64,000 nt of DNA. It comes from Lama guanicoe. Lineage: Eukaryota. Position numbers and translations under genes: made by a program. The DNA lies in contig MU053933.1 in NCBI GenBank assembly GCA_013239625.1, positions 498,001-562,000 on the forward strand, given 5' to 3'. The notes beneath the pieces were generated by a model that saw only the letters and a program-made list of their open reading frames with translations, did no database searches and was not told the origin of the DNA. Below, in pieces: positions 49,532 to 62,399 of this stretch; position 1 is the first letter of the stretch; each line of letters opens with the position of its first letter.

Positions 49532-49796
49532 TGTCTCGGTCTGCTTGGGCTGCTGTGAGACACCACAGACTGGGGGGCTTATAAACCACAGAAATTTCTT
49601 TCTCGCAGCTCTGGAAGCTGGAATTCCAAGGTCTGGGCACTCGCATGGTCAGGCTCTGGTGAGAGCCCTGTTTCGGGTCACAGGTGGCCGTCTTCTCCTC
49701 CAAACTCCTCCAAACAGCTCCTCCAAACGGGTCACAGTGGGAGTCAGGGCTTCAACGTAGGAATCTGGGGGTGGGGACACAGGTCAGTGCTCAGCA
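49532..49796 (-). mobile_element. MaLR LTR (MLT1A-like), internally deleted
   Basis: tgcttgggctgctgt…caccacagactggggggcttataaaccacagaaattt…gggcttcaacgtaggaatctggggg. Confidence 0.78.
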
Positions 49797-52700
49797 GATG
49801 CGCCCCAGCGTTTTACACTGGTGTCTTGTGTGTATGACACAGATAAAGAAGGCTGTAAGCATTTGTTCACACATCTTTATTTTTGTCATAATAAGCATGT
49901 ATAATGTGTCTTATTTGCAAAAGAGATCTTTCTCTTATTCTTTCTGAAAAATTTAGTCCTAAAGTCCTTAGGTGGGCTGAGCAGGACAGCCCCTAGCATG
50001 GGGACAGTGCCAGGGGTCAGAGGGAGGGGCCGGGGCTTGAATGGGACAAGGACGGTCTGCATGGATGAGAGACGTGCTGGGGGGGGGGTTGTCCTTGGGG
50101 GTGGGGCTGCCCCGCGCAGCCTACGTCCGGCAAGTCTATCCCACTTCCTGCTCCTACGTCTTCAGGATTAATGTAAGGCTTGGGAACAGACATTCTCGGT
50201 GCTGTCAGTTTGAGTTTAGATCATTACGAAAGATGTTATGATGGTTCTGAATAAATAAGAACATGCAGGAGGCAGCCTGTGGTGGGTGGCCAGGAGCCCT
50301 GGCCTTGGAACCAACGGGACCAGGATCCAGCTGCCCCACTCGCCACGTGCCCTGGACAAGCTTTGGACACCTCTGAGCCTCGGCTGCCTCGTTGGTAAAA
50401 TGGGGCTAATATGGGGTGATCAGTTCATGCTGGTTTCAGCACAGAAAGTCTCCTGTCCCAGGAACTCCTCTCCCCTCCTCCCCGAGTCCTGGGAAAGCTT
50501 GACAGTTGTTCCGCCTGAATAATACCCCCCAGCTAGGGTGTCCTAAGGAATGAAACGCAGGAAGCATGCGGGAACAGCCCAGGAAGGTGCCAGGTATGTG
50601 TAAAGCGCTTGGTAAAAGGCAATTATTATTCACAATAATGGAAACTCTTTGCAAACATCTTCTACTTGGGAGAAAGTGTGAAACACCAAAATCTAGTGTA
50701 ACAAGCAGATTAGGGGTATAAACGAGCCAGCTGATCAGAAGTCTATGTTGGAATGTTTATATTTTACTTAACTCCGCGGGCCAGTGACAGGGCGAAAGGA
50801 TGGAGGGAGCTGGTGCCCAGGTGCCCTCCTCCCCCACCTTCAGTGCGAGAACCGTTAAGTCTGCTGGACCTGCAACAGCTCTACCGGGGATCAGTGCGTG
50901 GGGACAACACACCAGAGGGCAAGCGGCCCAGCCATCTGCAGCCTGAGGCCACCAGGCTGTTAGAGGCGCAGGGGCCTGACCATCGGCCTCCTCCCCTCAG
51001 GTGGAGAGGGGCTGCCGGGAGCCCTGGCAACAAGAAAGCCGAAACGAGAACCAGGGTGTTTTCTGTGATCGAATCTCGCGGCTGAGGCCCTGAAACCAGG
51101 CAGCGTGGAGGAGCAGGGCAGCCGGTCCTTAGGCAGCTGGCTCTGGAACGCGGAGCAAACCTGCACCAGGAAGAGCTTTGTCCTCAGCCTGGAATCCAGG
51201 CCTCGGGGCGGAAGGCGGATCAAGATGGCAAAGGAGTCCTGGCTGGGTGTTGGCTCATTTAAAATCTGTTTTATCGTCCAACTACGGTATTTGGCTCTAC
51301 CAACTAGTTATCTGTCCATGATGTATCTAGCTGTCTGTCTGTCTATTTATCTTTCACTCATCATTCAGAAAGGTGTCCTAAATGTGATTACTTCATGTGG
51401 GTTGCACTCACTTATATTAATAAAAAGATATCTTTTTTATTTAAAAAGCACCAAAGATTTACAGCGGATTTCAGTGGAAAGCTGACCTCTACAGGGGTCA
51501 GGGCGCGAGCCGGCTGTCCCACCTGCAGTTCCCCGCCCCGCACACGCGACTCTGCTGAAAGGGCTGGTCGCGGTTCCGTGAATGCTTCTAGGTCCACGGT
51601 CCCTGGGCTGTGCTGCAGCAAACTCTTTCAGTGGAACGTCTTGAACACTGAAATCCCCTCCACTCTCCTAGGCCTCCTGCCAGGCTCCCACCGAGGCTTG
51701 TAAACGCCTGAACAGGAGAAACACCACGTCAGGAGAAGTCCCCGAGCCCACCTGGAAACCTACACTTGAGGGGCACTTGCCCGTGGAAAGTATTTTGAAG
51801 TGATAATGATGAAACTTCAGCATTTTAGAGATAAAGCATCACTTAGATCGTGTTGCAAAACAATCAACAAAACAGTACTTTACCTCCCCAGATACATTAA
51901 TATACAAACTTGCAGGAGCACAAAGTACAATGAGGTACAATTATAGTAAAAATCCAGGTGAATGTATAGTGGCTGCAAACATGGCAAACACTGCATTGCT
52001 GAAGTTTTCTGGATACTGAAGTTAGAAACATACTTTTTCAACAGTAGTGACTTCAACTATCCAGGTGAAAGTTAATTTTATGCACCAAAAAGCAACACCT
52101 TTCCCCCAGAACATGACCACTTTCTTTTTCTGTTCATTGCACGCACATCATTTGGTGTAGAACAGTTTAAGATTTATGTACAGAATTGTACAGTCTTTGA
52201 CAAGTAATGTTTCTATGATGGACTTTGGAAAAAGATCCAAGTGTCTGCTAGTATATAAGAGCACATCTTTCCCTGGGGAATTCTAAAAGTACAGCAGGTG
52301 TTGACTTTCCCAACCAGGGTGTAGTTCACTCGGCTGACTGCCCCCACCTCCTCCCTTGGCAGACATCGCTAGTCGATCACAGAACCAGGTCCTGCTGAGC
52401 CTGGACTTGGTATAATGAGGATTAAGGCAATGAGACAACCTTACTGATGGATCCACTCAGCCTGTGGGATGAACCCTACCTGCTCTCCTCTGGGCTAAAT
52501 CCTTTATCTTGACAGGGAGCTCTGGCTGGGCTCGCTTCATTCACCCTTGCTTGCGTGGGAGATCAGAAACTTAGCACAACACGCAAGCTTCCCCTTGCAG
52601 AGACTGCTGGGCTGGCTAATGTCCTTAACGTACAAAAGGCTGCCTCAGCCTGGGGCTTGGCTCAGCACGGTTTTCCTCTCTGGCCCTGGGGTTGTCCCCA

Positions 52701-54599
52701 TAGCCCTGGGCCACCCTCTGGGTGATGCCGGCCACAAGGACCCATTCACTGACCCCCACGTGGACCAGGTAGGTGCCCTGGTAGGGACCCGCATCCCTGA
52801 ACACTGATCTTCTGCAGAGGGAAGAAGCTGGTACCCCGCCTCCTGGAGTCTGAGGCTGGACTGGGGACATTTCCCACCAAGCGCAGAGTTGTAGGGCCCT
52901 CTCTACCGAGCGTTCCACAATTTAGTGCCGTGAAGAATTGCAGTAATGCAGCTTATCTACAAATGAAACAAAAACAGGCTTTTATGGGCTGGCCTGGGAA
53001 CCTAACCCCTGTGTCTATGGGAAAAAGCATTCTCAATGCTCAGCAATAAGCCTGAAAAAGTCCTGGCACACCCTGTGGGGACCGCTAGGGCTCCGGATGC
53101 AGCATGCCCCCCGTGGACCTGGCTCGGCGCCGCCGTGCTGCTGATGGTACCACGTGCCACGAGCCGGGCATCCTTCAGCCCTGGTAGTGCCAGAACCTGG
53201 GGAGGGAGTGGAACTGAAAAATCCTTTCCTCAGGGCTCCATCAGGATTTTGCAAAGAGAGTCTAATATTCAAGTCTTTACGTGGAGATTTCTATGATTTC
53301 AAAAGGCAAAAAGTTTGCCTTTGGAAGTCAATGTCCTGATAATAAGAGCACGTTTTTATCCTGGGCTCGGTGTGACTTAAAGAACACGCCCAGGAAACAG
53401 GGAGGCTGACTCTGAGCCACACTGCTGTTCCCCGGCTGCCATCCCTTCAGCCTTGTTGGAAGAGGACCGTGTGCAGTCTGATGGAATTTTCTTAGATGCG
53501 CGGTGGTCAAGGCTGGTTCTCAAGGGTTCCAGGCATGGATGATGCTTCTGTGTTCCGTGCTCTGGGTCACCTCGCACAACCTGCTCCGGCTTTCTTGTCA
53601 TCACCCAGAGTCCTGACTGTGACAAACACCTTCCACGTTTGGTGGTGACTGTGTGTGGGGGTTTGCAGCAGATTGGGTGAGGACTACCCACTGCAGATCC
53701 CCAGACACCTGAGAGTCCTGCCTTCAGGGTCCTCTGGTCCCGAGGGAGGGGCTTGCTAGCTTTGCTTTTGTCTCTCCTCTGGGGTCCAGGGTCACAGCCA
53801 GCCTTCCCTGTGGCTGCTGGGATGGCCCTGGCCAATTAGGCAGGACCCAGGCTGTCGTGGTGAGCAGATTTGAAGGTTGGCCAAAGTGCTTGTGATTTAT
53901 ATCAACTCACAGCCCTCTATCTCTCTACCTCTCTACCTCTCTCCCTCTCTCTCTCTCTATCTCTCTGTCTATTTTTCAGTCCTAATTGTGTGAGACAGTC
54001 TTACATGGTTTTCCAGTGTCCATGTTCTGAAATTATTCCACGGATAGAGTTGCTGTAAGAATCTGCCAGTAGCCACCGGGAGCATCCTAGGACCCCTCTT
54101 CCCGTGTCCGGGAGCAAACAGCTCTGCCCCCAACCGCCTACGTCCTCTTGTTCAGGTGTCAGTAGTTCTTAAGCCCTTTAGCCTTTAGCACGCGGAGGAA
54201 ATACTGTTTTGGAATTGAAACTGAGGAGACTGACCAGAGCTTATGCTCCACGTCTCATTTCTCATCCTGCAGTTCATCAGGACAGAGCCACCCCGGCCCT
54301 GGTGTCCTTGTGGGCCTGAGCCCGCCCACCACAGTCCTGCCCTGGAGTGACCTCAGACCACGTGGCCCTGTGGACCTCAGCTGGACTGACTCAGGCCAAC
54401 GGGCCAGGTGAGGTAAGGAGGACGGCCACCTCCAGCAGGGGGCAAAACGACCACAAATGAGAGTGGGGGACAGGCGAAGGGTTGTGAGAGAAATGGGGTG
54501 GCGGGGGGCACCTGGCCCTCTGTCCACCTGGGCTGCTCCCACGGCTCAGGATGGGCTTCAAGGTGTGGCCACCACAGTTCCCTTTCCTGAATCCCACCC

Positions 54600-55100
54600 A
54601 GGGGTCCTGATTCACAGGCTGGGGTGACCTGGAGGCATCATTATTTTTAAACAGCCCCTCCCCCAGGAGGTTCTACTGGGCAGCCTGGCTTGGGCACGAC
54701 TTACTGTACTGTGTGTCACCAGCGCAGGGGACAGGAGGTCTGCTCATGTTGGGTGTGTGCTGGGGGGAGGCGGAGGGTTAGGTACCAACAACTCACAACA
54801 GGAAAGGGGTCCACAGGCTCACCTTCAGGGCAGACTTCACGGTGACACCACATCCGCAGGGAGGCAGAGACGCTGTGGGCACTGAGAGGAGCTGGTTCGA
54901 CTCACAGTCCTCACCCACTGACCGATGTGGGTGGAGTGTCTCATGGGGTCCCGGGTGATTTTCACACCGTGTCAAGTTTAGACACAGGGCGCTCCTTCTC
55001 AAGTCTGGATTTGTATGTGAATCACCTGGGGGCTGTTCAGACTCTGATGCCCAGACCGTATCCTGTCAGAGTCTCAGGGGCCCTATTGTGGGGATCCCGG
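54600..55100. mobile_element. Two MER5-like hAT MITE fragments (~54600-54695, ~54990-55090)
   Basis: ctgattc…ggggtgacctgg…atttttaaacagccc..ccagg and ttctcaag…gaatcacctgggg…tgcccag motifs. Confidence 0.45.
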
Positions 55101-55576
55101 GCTGCCGGCTCCAGGAAAGGACAGGGAGAGTGTGGGGGAGCTGGTGACCATCCTGGGCGGGTCACTGCAGTGGGGACCGGAGGAGGCGCTGGAAAGGCGT
55201 GTTTCCATCATCTCTGTTCCTGAGACGATGAAGCAAAGGAGGAGGAAGGTGACATCTGGTGTGACCGGTCTCTCCGCCAGCCTATGAGTCCCCCACGTCT
55301 GTGATTCTGTGACGGGGCTCACAAGGGCCCACACTCTGCTGTCACACAGCGGGACCCGGAGCAGGAACAGAGAGGGCCCCTAAGTGTTGTGGCTCTTGGC
55401 CTCTCTCAGGAGTGAATCGAGTGCCCCAAACGCAGTCATGTGGCTGTTGGCACCGGTCCCCCCCAGGCGGAGGCACGCTTGGTCCCTGCCTGTTTAAGGT
55501 GCTATTGTGCTGTCAGTGCTTGGGAGGGAGATGTCGTGAGCTGGAAGAGGATCAAGACCCCAGGCAGGGAATGGGG

Positions 55577-55720
55577 GACAACCAGACGATGGGCGTGGCT
55601 AGGACAGCTGGACAGAGTGGGATGGACGACCAGACGATGGGCGTGGCTAGGACAGCTGGACAGAGTGGGGTGGACGACCAGACGATGGGCATGACTAGGA
55701 CAGCTGGACAAAGTGGGATG
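55577..55720 (+). repeat. 48-bp minisatellite, 3 near-identical copies
   Basis: gac(a/g)accagacgatgggc(g/a)tg(g/a)ctaggacagctggaca(g/a)agtggg(a/g)tg at 55577, 55625 and 55673. Confidence 0.95.
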
Positions 55721-57049
55721 CTAACAGAACCGTGGTGATGTCAGGCTACATAAATGGTGTCCACTCAGATGTGTGTCCTGCTGTCCTCCAGTTAGGGGAG
55801 AGGGGACATTCGGGCCTTCTGGGGAGCATGGTGTGGGCACTTCCTCTTAGGAAGGGCCTTGGAACCCAAGAACATCCTGAGCAAGGTGACCAGAGCCAGT
55901 GTTGGGTGAAGGAACCAAGGATGCTCAGGTTGGAGACACTAAGGGCAGTGTGAGGACAGTGGGGTGCTGGTGCCCGGCCAGGAGTGGCCAGCACGGTGGG
56001 GATGAGGCTGGTTGGGTAAGCGGGGGGTGGGCAGAAAGTGTCCAGGGACATTGGACCTCATAAAGTAGACCCCAGGCCGTTCCCGGGTCCACGGGGCCCT
56101 CAGCACAGTGCTCACGGCTCGGTTCCAGGTCTGAATCCTTGCCTGGCAGGGTTTCCCTGTTTACTCCTTCCCAGGCACTGCCAGCTGACAGCCCACGTAG
56201 CACTTCTAACCTCTCAAATGGTCGAGAGCTGAAAACTTGGTACAATTGGAATAGTCAAGTTATCTGCATTGTGTCAAAGTCTCAACTGTGCAGTAGTTGA
56301 CACATAAAAACCCCAGACCCGCTTGAGTTCTTCCATGAGAGATATTTCGCACACAAGTCTCACGTGGGGCTGGTCTCCGACTCACCACAAACCTTTACAG
56401 AATCCCCAAAATGCGCCACCCACAGACGCAGCCGCAACCCCGGGGAGCCGGCGACGGCAGCCGTGAGCTACGTCTGTTGTCAAGAGGACAGGCTCTGTGC
56501 TGTGCACAACGTGCTATTTTAATTAAATTGCCCATCTGGACAATTCTAGGACTTTTTAAAAAATAGAAACATTTTATTCAAATTGTGGGTTGTCATTCGG
56601 TGCACTGGCAATCCTCAGTGTGGATGGGCCAATTGCAAGGAAAATGGTGAAAATGGTTTTAACCTTAGACCGGGTGTTGCTCAAGACAACTTCCCAAACC
56701 CTCCATGGGGAAGGGAGGACGCCTCCTGATCTCCAGCGACGCAACGTGTCCTGAGCTGTTGCACTGGTGCTACCACAGCGACGGGCACCTCCCGCCTGGC
56801 TCCTGGGGTGCAGGAACACAGCTCTAGGGCGAATCCACCAAACGTCCAGGCTGGGCGGTGAAAGGAAATGAACGCAAGAGCGAGAGCAGCAGAGGTCAGG
56901 AGACGCGTTTCATTCCTTCTCTGTGGAAATGGCTGGTGTGGTTAGAGGTCAAACTTCAGAGAAAGACCCAGAGCACAGCAGTCGTAGTCAAGGGCTTCAA
57001 AACAACTGTGGCAAATGTGTCAAAAATAGAGTAAAAGAGAGGCAGAGTG

Positions 57050-60000
57050 GATGCCAGGAAGGGGCATGCCAATGGAGAATTGGAATCCACAGAAAGCATC
57101 ACACGGACATTCAAGAAGCACAAATAAATATTTAGAATGAGGGTGTTTCAGATGGCTTTGACAGCAGACTGGATGCAGCAGAACACAAGGTTAGTGTGGT
57201 TGAAGACAGATGGAGAGAAAATATCCAAAACGAATCACAGAGAGAAAAAAAGGTAAAAACAGAGCAAAGGGTAAGACATGTAGGAAGAGCGTGGCCAGCA
57301 CCCACCTGGGTGTCCGCAGAGTCCTGGAGAAGAAGGGGAGGGGGAGGGACGGGAGAGGGAGAAGGGGACTGGGAGGGAAGGGGGAGGGGAAGGAGCATAT
57401 TTGAAGAAAGAGTAGCCAAACGTTTTCTAAATCTTGTGAAAGATAGCAACCCACAGATTCAAGAAATTAATTCCAATCAGGATGAACAATTAAAAGAAAA
57501 TCAAACTTAGGCACATTAGCAAACTATCTATTATTGTCATTAACAAACGACTTCAGGAAATTCACTAATATGTGGAAATTAAACACTATGCTAAGTCACC
57601 AACAGTTCAAAGAAGAAATCACAAGGGAAATTAGAATACACTTTGGGATGATTGAAAATTAAAATACAAGATACCAGAATCTACGGGATGCAGTGAAAGC
57701 AGTGCTTAGAGGGAAATTTATAGCCATAAATGCAATGTTAAAAAAGGACACCTCAAGTCAATAAACTAAACTTCCGCCTGAAGTACCTAGAAAAGAAAGG
57801 CAAACTAAATCCAAAGCAAGCAGAAGGAAGGAAATAATAAAGGTTAAAGCAGGAATATGTGCTTATTTATTCAGGAAAAGATTCCTACATGACCTTTGAG
57901 GAAGATTACAAGATACAAAGTCAGTATAGAAAAATCAATCATATTTCTACACACTAGCAGCACATGATTAGTCAGTGCGTTTAAAATATATCAGTGTTAG
58001 AGCAGGCAGGTAGCTAGATATGAGCAGAGAAAGGGGGACACTGACCGAACGGTAGGAAACCATAAGTCTTGTGAACAACGGGGGTCCTTGGACAGACCAA
58101 GAAAAGCAGGAATCTCCAGGCTGATAAGAAGCCATACAATCTGGGTTGACAAGTGTCCTGGAGGCAAAGAAAGGTGGGACAAGACAGGAATCTCCACCAT
58201 CCGAATGTAACCTTTCGCTTATGGTACTCCGACAGAATGTAACCTTTTGTTCATTATGACCCCATCCGACTTCCCGAACAAAACTAAATAAGGGCAAAAA
58301 AGACAACCCCAAGCCCCTCCCTGTCCTTGAATATTCTGCCCGTGCGTTTTCACACCCCATGTAGCCACCTTGCCAAGGAAACTCGGGGCGGCTCCCCACC
58401 TGGGTCTGCGCACTTTCCCCTTGAAAGTGAACTGTCTAACCCTTAATAAATTCTTGTTTTGCTCTCTTGAACTTTGTGTCTCCTTTCTTAATTCTTTCTG
58501 CAACAAGACAAGAATCTGCTCTCTGACATCATTCACAATAACAATATTACAAATATAAAAAAGAATAAATCTAACTAAAGTTGGACTGAAAAGATTATAG
58601 CACTGCAGAGAAACTACAGACGATAGATGCATAAATTCAGAGATACCCCAGAGTCGTGGGTTAGGGTATTTGATGCTGTTAAGACGTGATCTTCACGCAA
58701 AGTGGTCGCTAGATGAGTGCAGTCCCAGTCAGAACCCCACTGAGGCTTGCTTTCTTCTTTCTCCTCCCCCCTCCCCATGTTTTCATAACAATTGGCAAGC
58801 TAATTATGAAGTTCATATGGAAATACAAAGGATCCGGGACTCTATTCTACTCCAGGACTTACTTTCAAACTACAGAATGAAGATGACGTGGCATTGGTGT
58901 AAGACCAACAGTCAGACCGATGGAAAAGACTAGATGTTCCAGAAACGCGCCCCCCTCCCTTGCATGGAGACCTGATTAAATCAAAGTGCTGGTGCAATGC
59001 AGCGGAGAAAGGACTTTTCAGTAAACTGGCGCTGGAACAATTAAACAAGCAAATGGAAAAATGCACCTTGGCCTCCTGCCTTTCAGCATGCATAGAAATT
59101 AATTCAAGATGGATCATAAACTTAGATGTGAAAACAAAAACCATGGTGCCTCTAGAAGAAAGCAGAAAACATTTTCACATTCTTGTGGTGGGCAGAAATT
59201 TCTTAAAGACATACACGTAAGAAAAATGAAACCATAAAGGAACATATTGGTAAATTGGATTTTATTAAAACTAAGGACTTCTATCATCAAAATTACATCA
59301 AGAAATCCTACAAATCAATACTAAAAACAAAACAACACCATTTTCAAATAGGGGAAAATTGAGCAAGCACGTCATTAGTTGATACAGAAAGGCAAATTAA
59401 AACTGTGGTGATGTAATTACCATACCTATCAGAATAGCCATATTAAAAAAAACCTGAAAATGCAAAGTGATGACAAAGACGTGGACCAGTGGGAACTCTT
59501 ACACTGCAGGGTGGGAATATAAATCGGCATAAGTTTGGGAAACTGGTTGCTAGGATCTACTCAGGTTAACCATGTTCTTGTCCATAACCCATCAATTTCA
59601 CTGCTATGTATATTCTCAAGAGAAAGCAGTGTTGTTTGTGTCCACCAAGCACCTTTGCTTATAATAGCCCCAAACCAGAAACAACTCAAGTGTCCGTCCA
59701 TAGGAGGATGGAAAAAAAGTGGCGTAAAGGAAGGAGCTCTAGGGATGTACAGCAACACGGGCGAATCTCAGAAACATAATGTTGAGTGAAAGAAGCCATA
59801 CGGGAAGTAGTACACACTGTGTTCCAATCGTACGAAGATCAGGGATAAACAAAACTAATTCGTGGTGACTGAGCCAGGCTAGTGTTACCTTTAGAGACAG
59901 GAACCGGTTGGGAAAAGGCGCCAGAAATTTTTACAGGATGAAAATGTTCTATTTTGTGATCTGGGTAGGGAGTATACAGGCTTATAGATATGTAAATATA

Positions 60001-60078
60001 AGTGAATAGATATGTAAAATTCACCAAGCTTTACATTAAAATTCATGTGCTTTACTTAAAAAAAGAAAAGAAAAAAAC
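57050..60078 (+). mobile_element. Ancient L1 with ORF1 and ORF2 remnants and 3' end, interrupted by a solo LTR
   Basis: ORF1-like DGFDSRLDAAEHKVSVVEDR..ENIQNESQREK; ORF2 motifs ggaaattaaaca, gcagtgaaagcagtgcttagagggaaatttatagc, INSRWIINLDVK; A-rich tail near 60058-60078. Confidence 0.85.
57995..58528 (+). mobile_element. Solo ERV1-class LTR, 534 bp
   Basis: TGTTAG…CTGACA termini, AATAAA at ~58445, 4-bp flanks tcag/tcat (one mismatch). The L1 sequence rejoins across it (aaaatatatc..attcacaata). Confidence 0.85.
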
Positions 60079-60109
60079 TCCTTCTTATATGGAAAAAAAA
60101 TTGCAACTT

Positions 60110-60300
60110 CTGGGGCCAGACCTGACTATTTTGGATCTGAGACTGGTACTTTTTTGCTGTGTGACCCCAGGCAAGTTACATAATCTCTCTGTGCCTTATT
60201 TCCCCACTGTGAATAATAACTGCCTAGCTCACGGAGTTGTGATGAGGATTAAGTGAATTACCAGCCCTCAAGCTCACGGCAGGGCGCTGAGCATCTACTA
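60110..60300 (+). mobile_element. MIR SINE
   Basis: gctgtgtgaccccaggcaagttacataatctctctgtgcctt…gttgtgatgaggattaagtga. Further MIR fragments lie near 14570, 18100, 20830, 41400, 50330 and 61980. Confidence 0.75.
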
Positions 60301-60551
60301 CAGCCTCAAGGCCACCAGTCCTTGTTACCGGGTGAGGGCCGAGCTCCCCTCAAGCTCTAAGGCCTCAGGTACATCCCCAGCTCACTTTTTTTCCACTTTG
60401 CAGCAATAGTCATTGGCTAGAGCGAATGTGACATGATGTTATTTAAGTTATTCTAGACCTTCCACTACGAAATTCTCTGTTTACCTTTATTATTATCCTG
60501 TAGACCTTGATGAATTTCAGTTTTTGCTGTAATTGTTTCCAATGTGTGTTA

Positions 60552-60552
<1 letters not shown>

Positions 60553-60593
<41 letters not shown>
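60553..60593 (+). repeat. Pure poly(A) tract, 41 nt
   Basis: Direct count of uninterrupted A. Confidence 0.95.
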
Positions 60594-60595
<2 letters not shown>

Positions 60596-61384
60596 AATCC
60601 ACCACGTTCACAAAGGCAAAATCTGTCATCTGATCAAACATGGGGAATGTCTAGATTTCACACCTGGTCAACCCGTGGACAGACAGGTAGTGGGAGCTCC
60701 TTTCTGCGCAGCAACCTGGGAGGGCGCAGAAATGCCCTTTAGTAACCTACTCACTTCCTGTTTTGTGCAGCAGCCATTACCCTGGGCCAGACTGTTGCAC
60801 ACGTGATTGCATCATGCCTGTTTTACAGCACTTCTCCTTGTAACTCACAACAGAAACGGGATCACTCTCTGTGGTTTGGGGCTTCCGCGTGTCTGCTGTG
60901 GTGACAGCTGAAATCTGTCCTACATAAGGCAGGGGCTTCTTCCCTTCGTTAATTGCCAAATAAATACACCTCGCCTCAGAAGTGTCTGTTCTGCAGCAGA
61001 AGGGCTCCTTGGGAAGTGCTTGTACCTAAGCTGTGGGTAAGTCACTGACAAAATGCATTTTAGTGAAAAAAAAATTTTTAATATAAATATCCAGAGTAAA
61101 TGTGACTAAGTAGATGTAGGTCAGGGGAGATAGATGCCATGCCTCCTAGGACAGTCAGCAAACAGGAATTTGTGATTTAAACTGAGATGAAAAGTGTCTG
61201 TGGCTTCAATCAGCCAGTCAACAAACATTGGAGGGCCTCCAGGGAGGCAGGTAGCCGCCTTGAGAACCAGCCACAGCCTCCCCGGTCCTCTGGGTCTGCT
61301 CTGGGGGAAACAATAACAAATCTGTAAATCAGAAGGGCTGGGCGTCAGCAAAAAGTAAGGTGCCTTAATATATGTTCCCGTGGT

Positions 61385-61660
61385 ACTGAGATGTCATTGG
61401 TATACAGCACGCTATTAGTTTAAGGTGAACAGCATGGTGATTTGATTACGTAGATACTGCGAAGTGATGAGCACAGTAAGTCTGGTTAACATCCGTCGCC
61501 TCACATAGCTACGGATGTGCTTTCTTGTGATGAGAACTGTTTAAAGACTTACTGTCTCAGCAATGTTCACTTATGCAATACAGTATCATTAACTCTAGCC
61601 ACCGTGCTGTCTTTACATCCCCCGGACTTACGGATCTTTCAGCTGGGAGTTTCTACCTTT
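61385..61660 (-). mobile_element. L1 3' end fragment (same type as 2845-3130)
   Basis: ttagtttaaggtgaacagcatggtgatttga…ttcttgtgatgaga…ttacatccccgg. Confidence 0.7.
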
Positions 61661-62399
61661 GTTCACCATATTGATGCCTTAATGTTTGACACGAGATCCT
61701 GTGACTCTGAGGTTGGCGACCTTGGAGTTCCTTTGTATATTTATCCACCCATTTTTTTTCTTGCAGAACATCCCACACGGCAATTCATCTTAGGAGGCAA
61801 AGAGGAATAAAGCCATTTGGCCAGATGGTAAGCAGAAAAAATAATGAAAAACGGAGGGACATGGAGGGTCAGGGTCTCCAGATGTGGAAAAAATATTAGA
61901 TGCATACGAGCCTCTCTCTCTTCGCTCTCCTGGGCTCCCAGGTGCCTTAACTACCTCATCTTATTCAACCATCATGGTGGTACTCTTTTTATTCCCATTT
62001 TCCTGATGCAGATGAAGGCTTTAAGAGGTTAGGAACTGGCCCAGCATCACAGAGGACCAGTGATGCAGCTGCCATCCCACCCACCACTGTCTGCGTGCAG
62101 ATGCCTGGGTGTGCCGGCGTGTATGTGCACACACACATTTGCACATACACTCACAGAGTTCTAGCAAGAAAGAAGAGCATCGTCCCTTCTGTTCTCACCT
62201 TCGCAAGTTGACAATTGACAAAGGGTGGTCACAAACACTCCTGGCTCTGCATTGGTTGTCCGGTTCTGGGAGACCTGACACCCTCTCCTCCTTGGTCCTC
62301 TCCCTCTTCATCTTCAAAGCCCCTCCACTCACTTCCTTGCTCCCACACTCCTCATAACATCTACTGTGCCTCACTCAGGATTGTTCTGTGACTTCCAGA

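Noticed and set aside
55577..55720. CRISPR-like array
   Set aside because: Head-to-tail repeats with no unique spacers, in a mammalian context; this is a minisatellite.
60507..60806. Poly-lysine ORFs
   Set aside because: They are simply the translation of the A41 tract.
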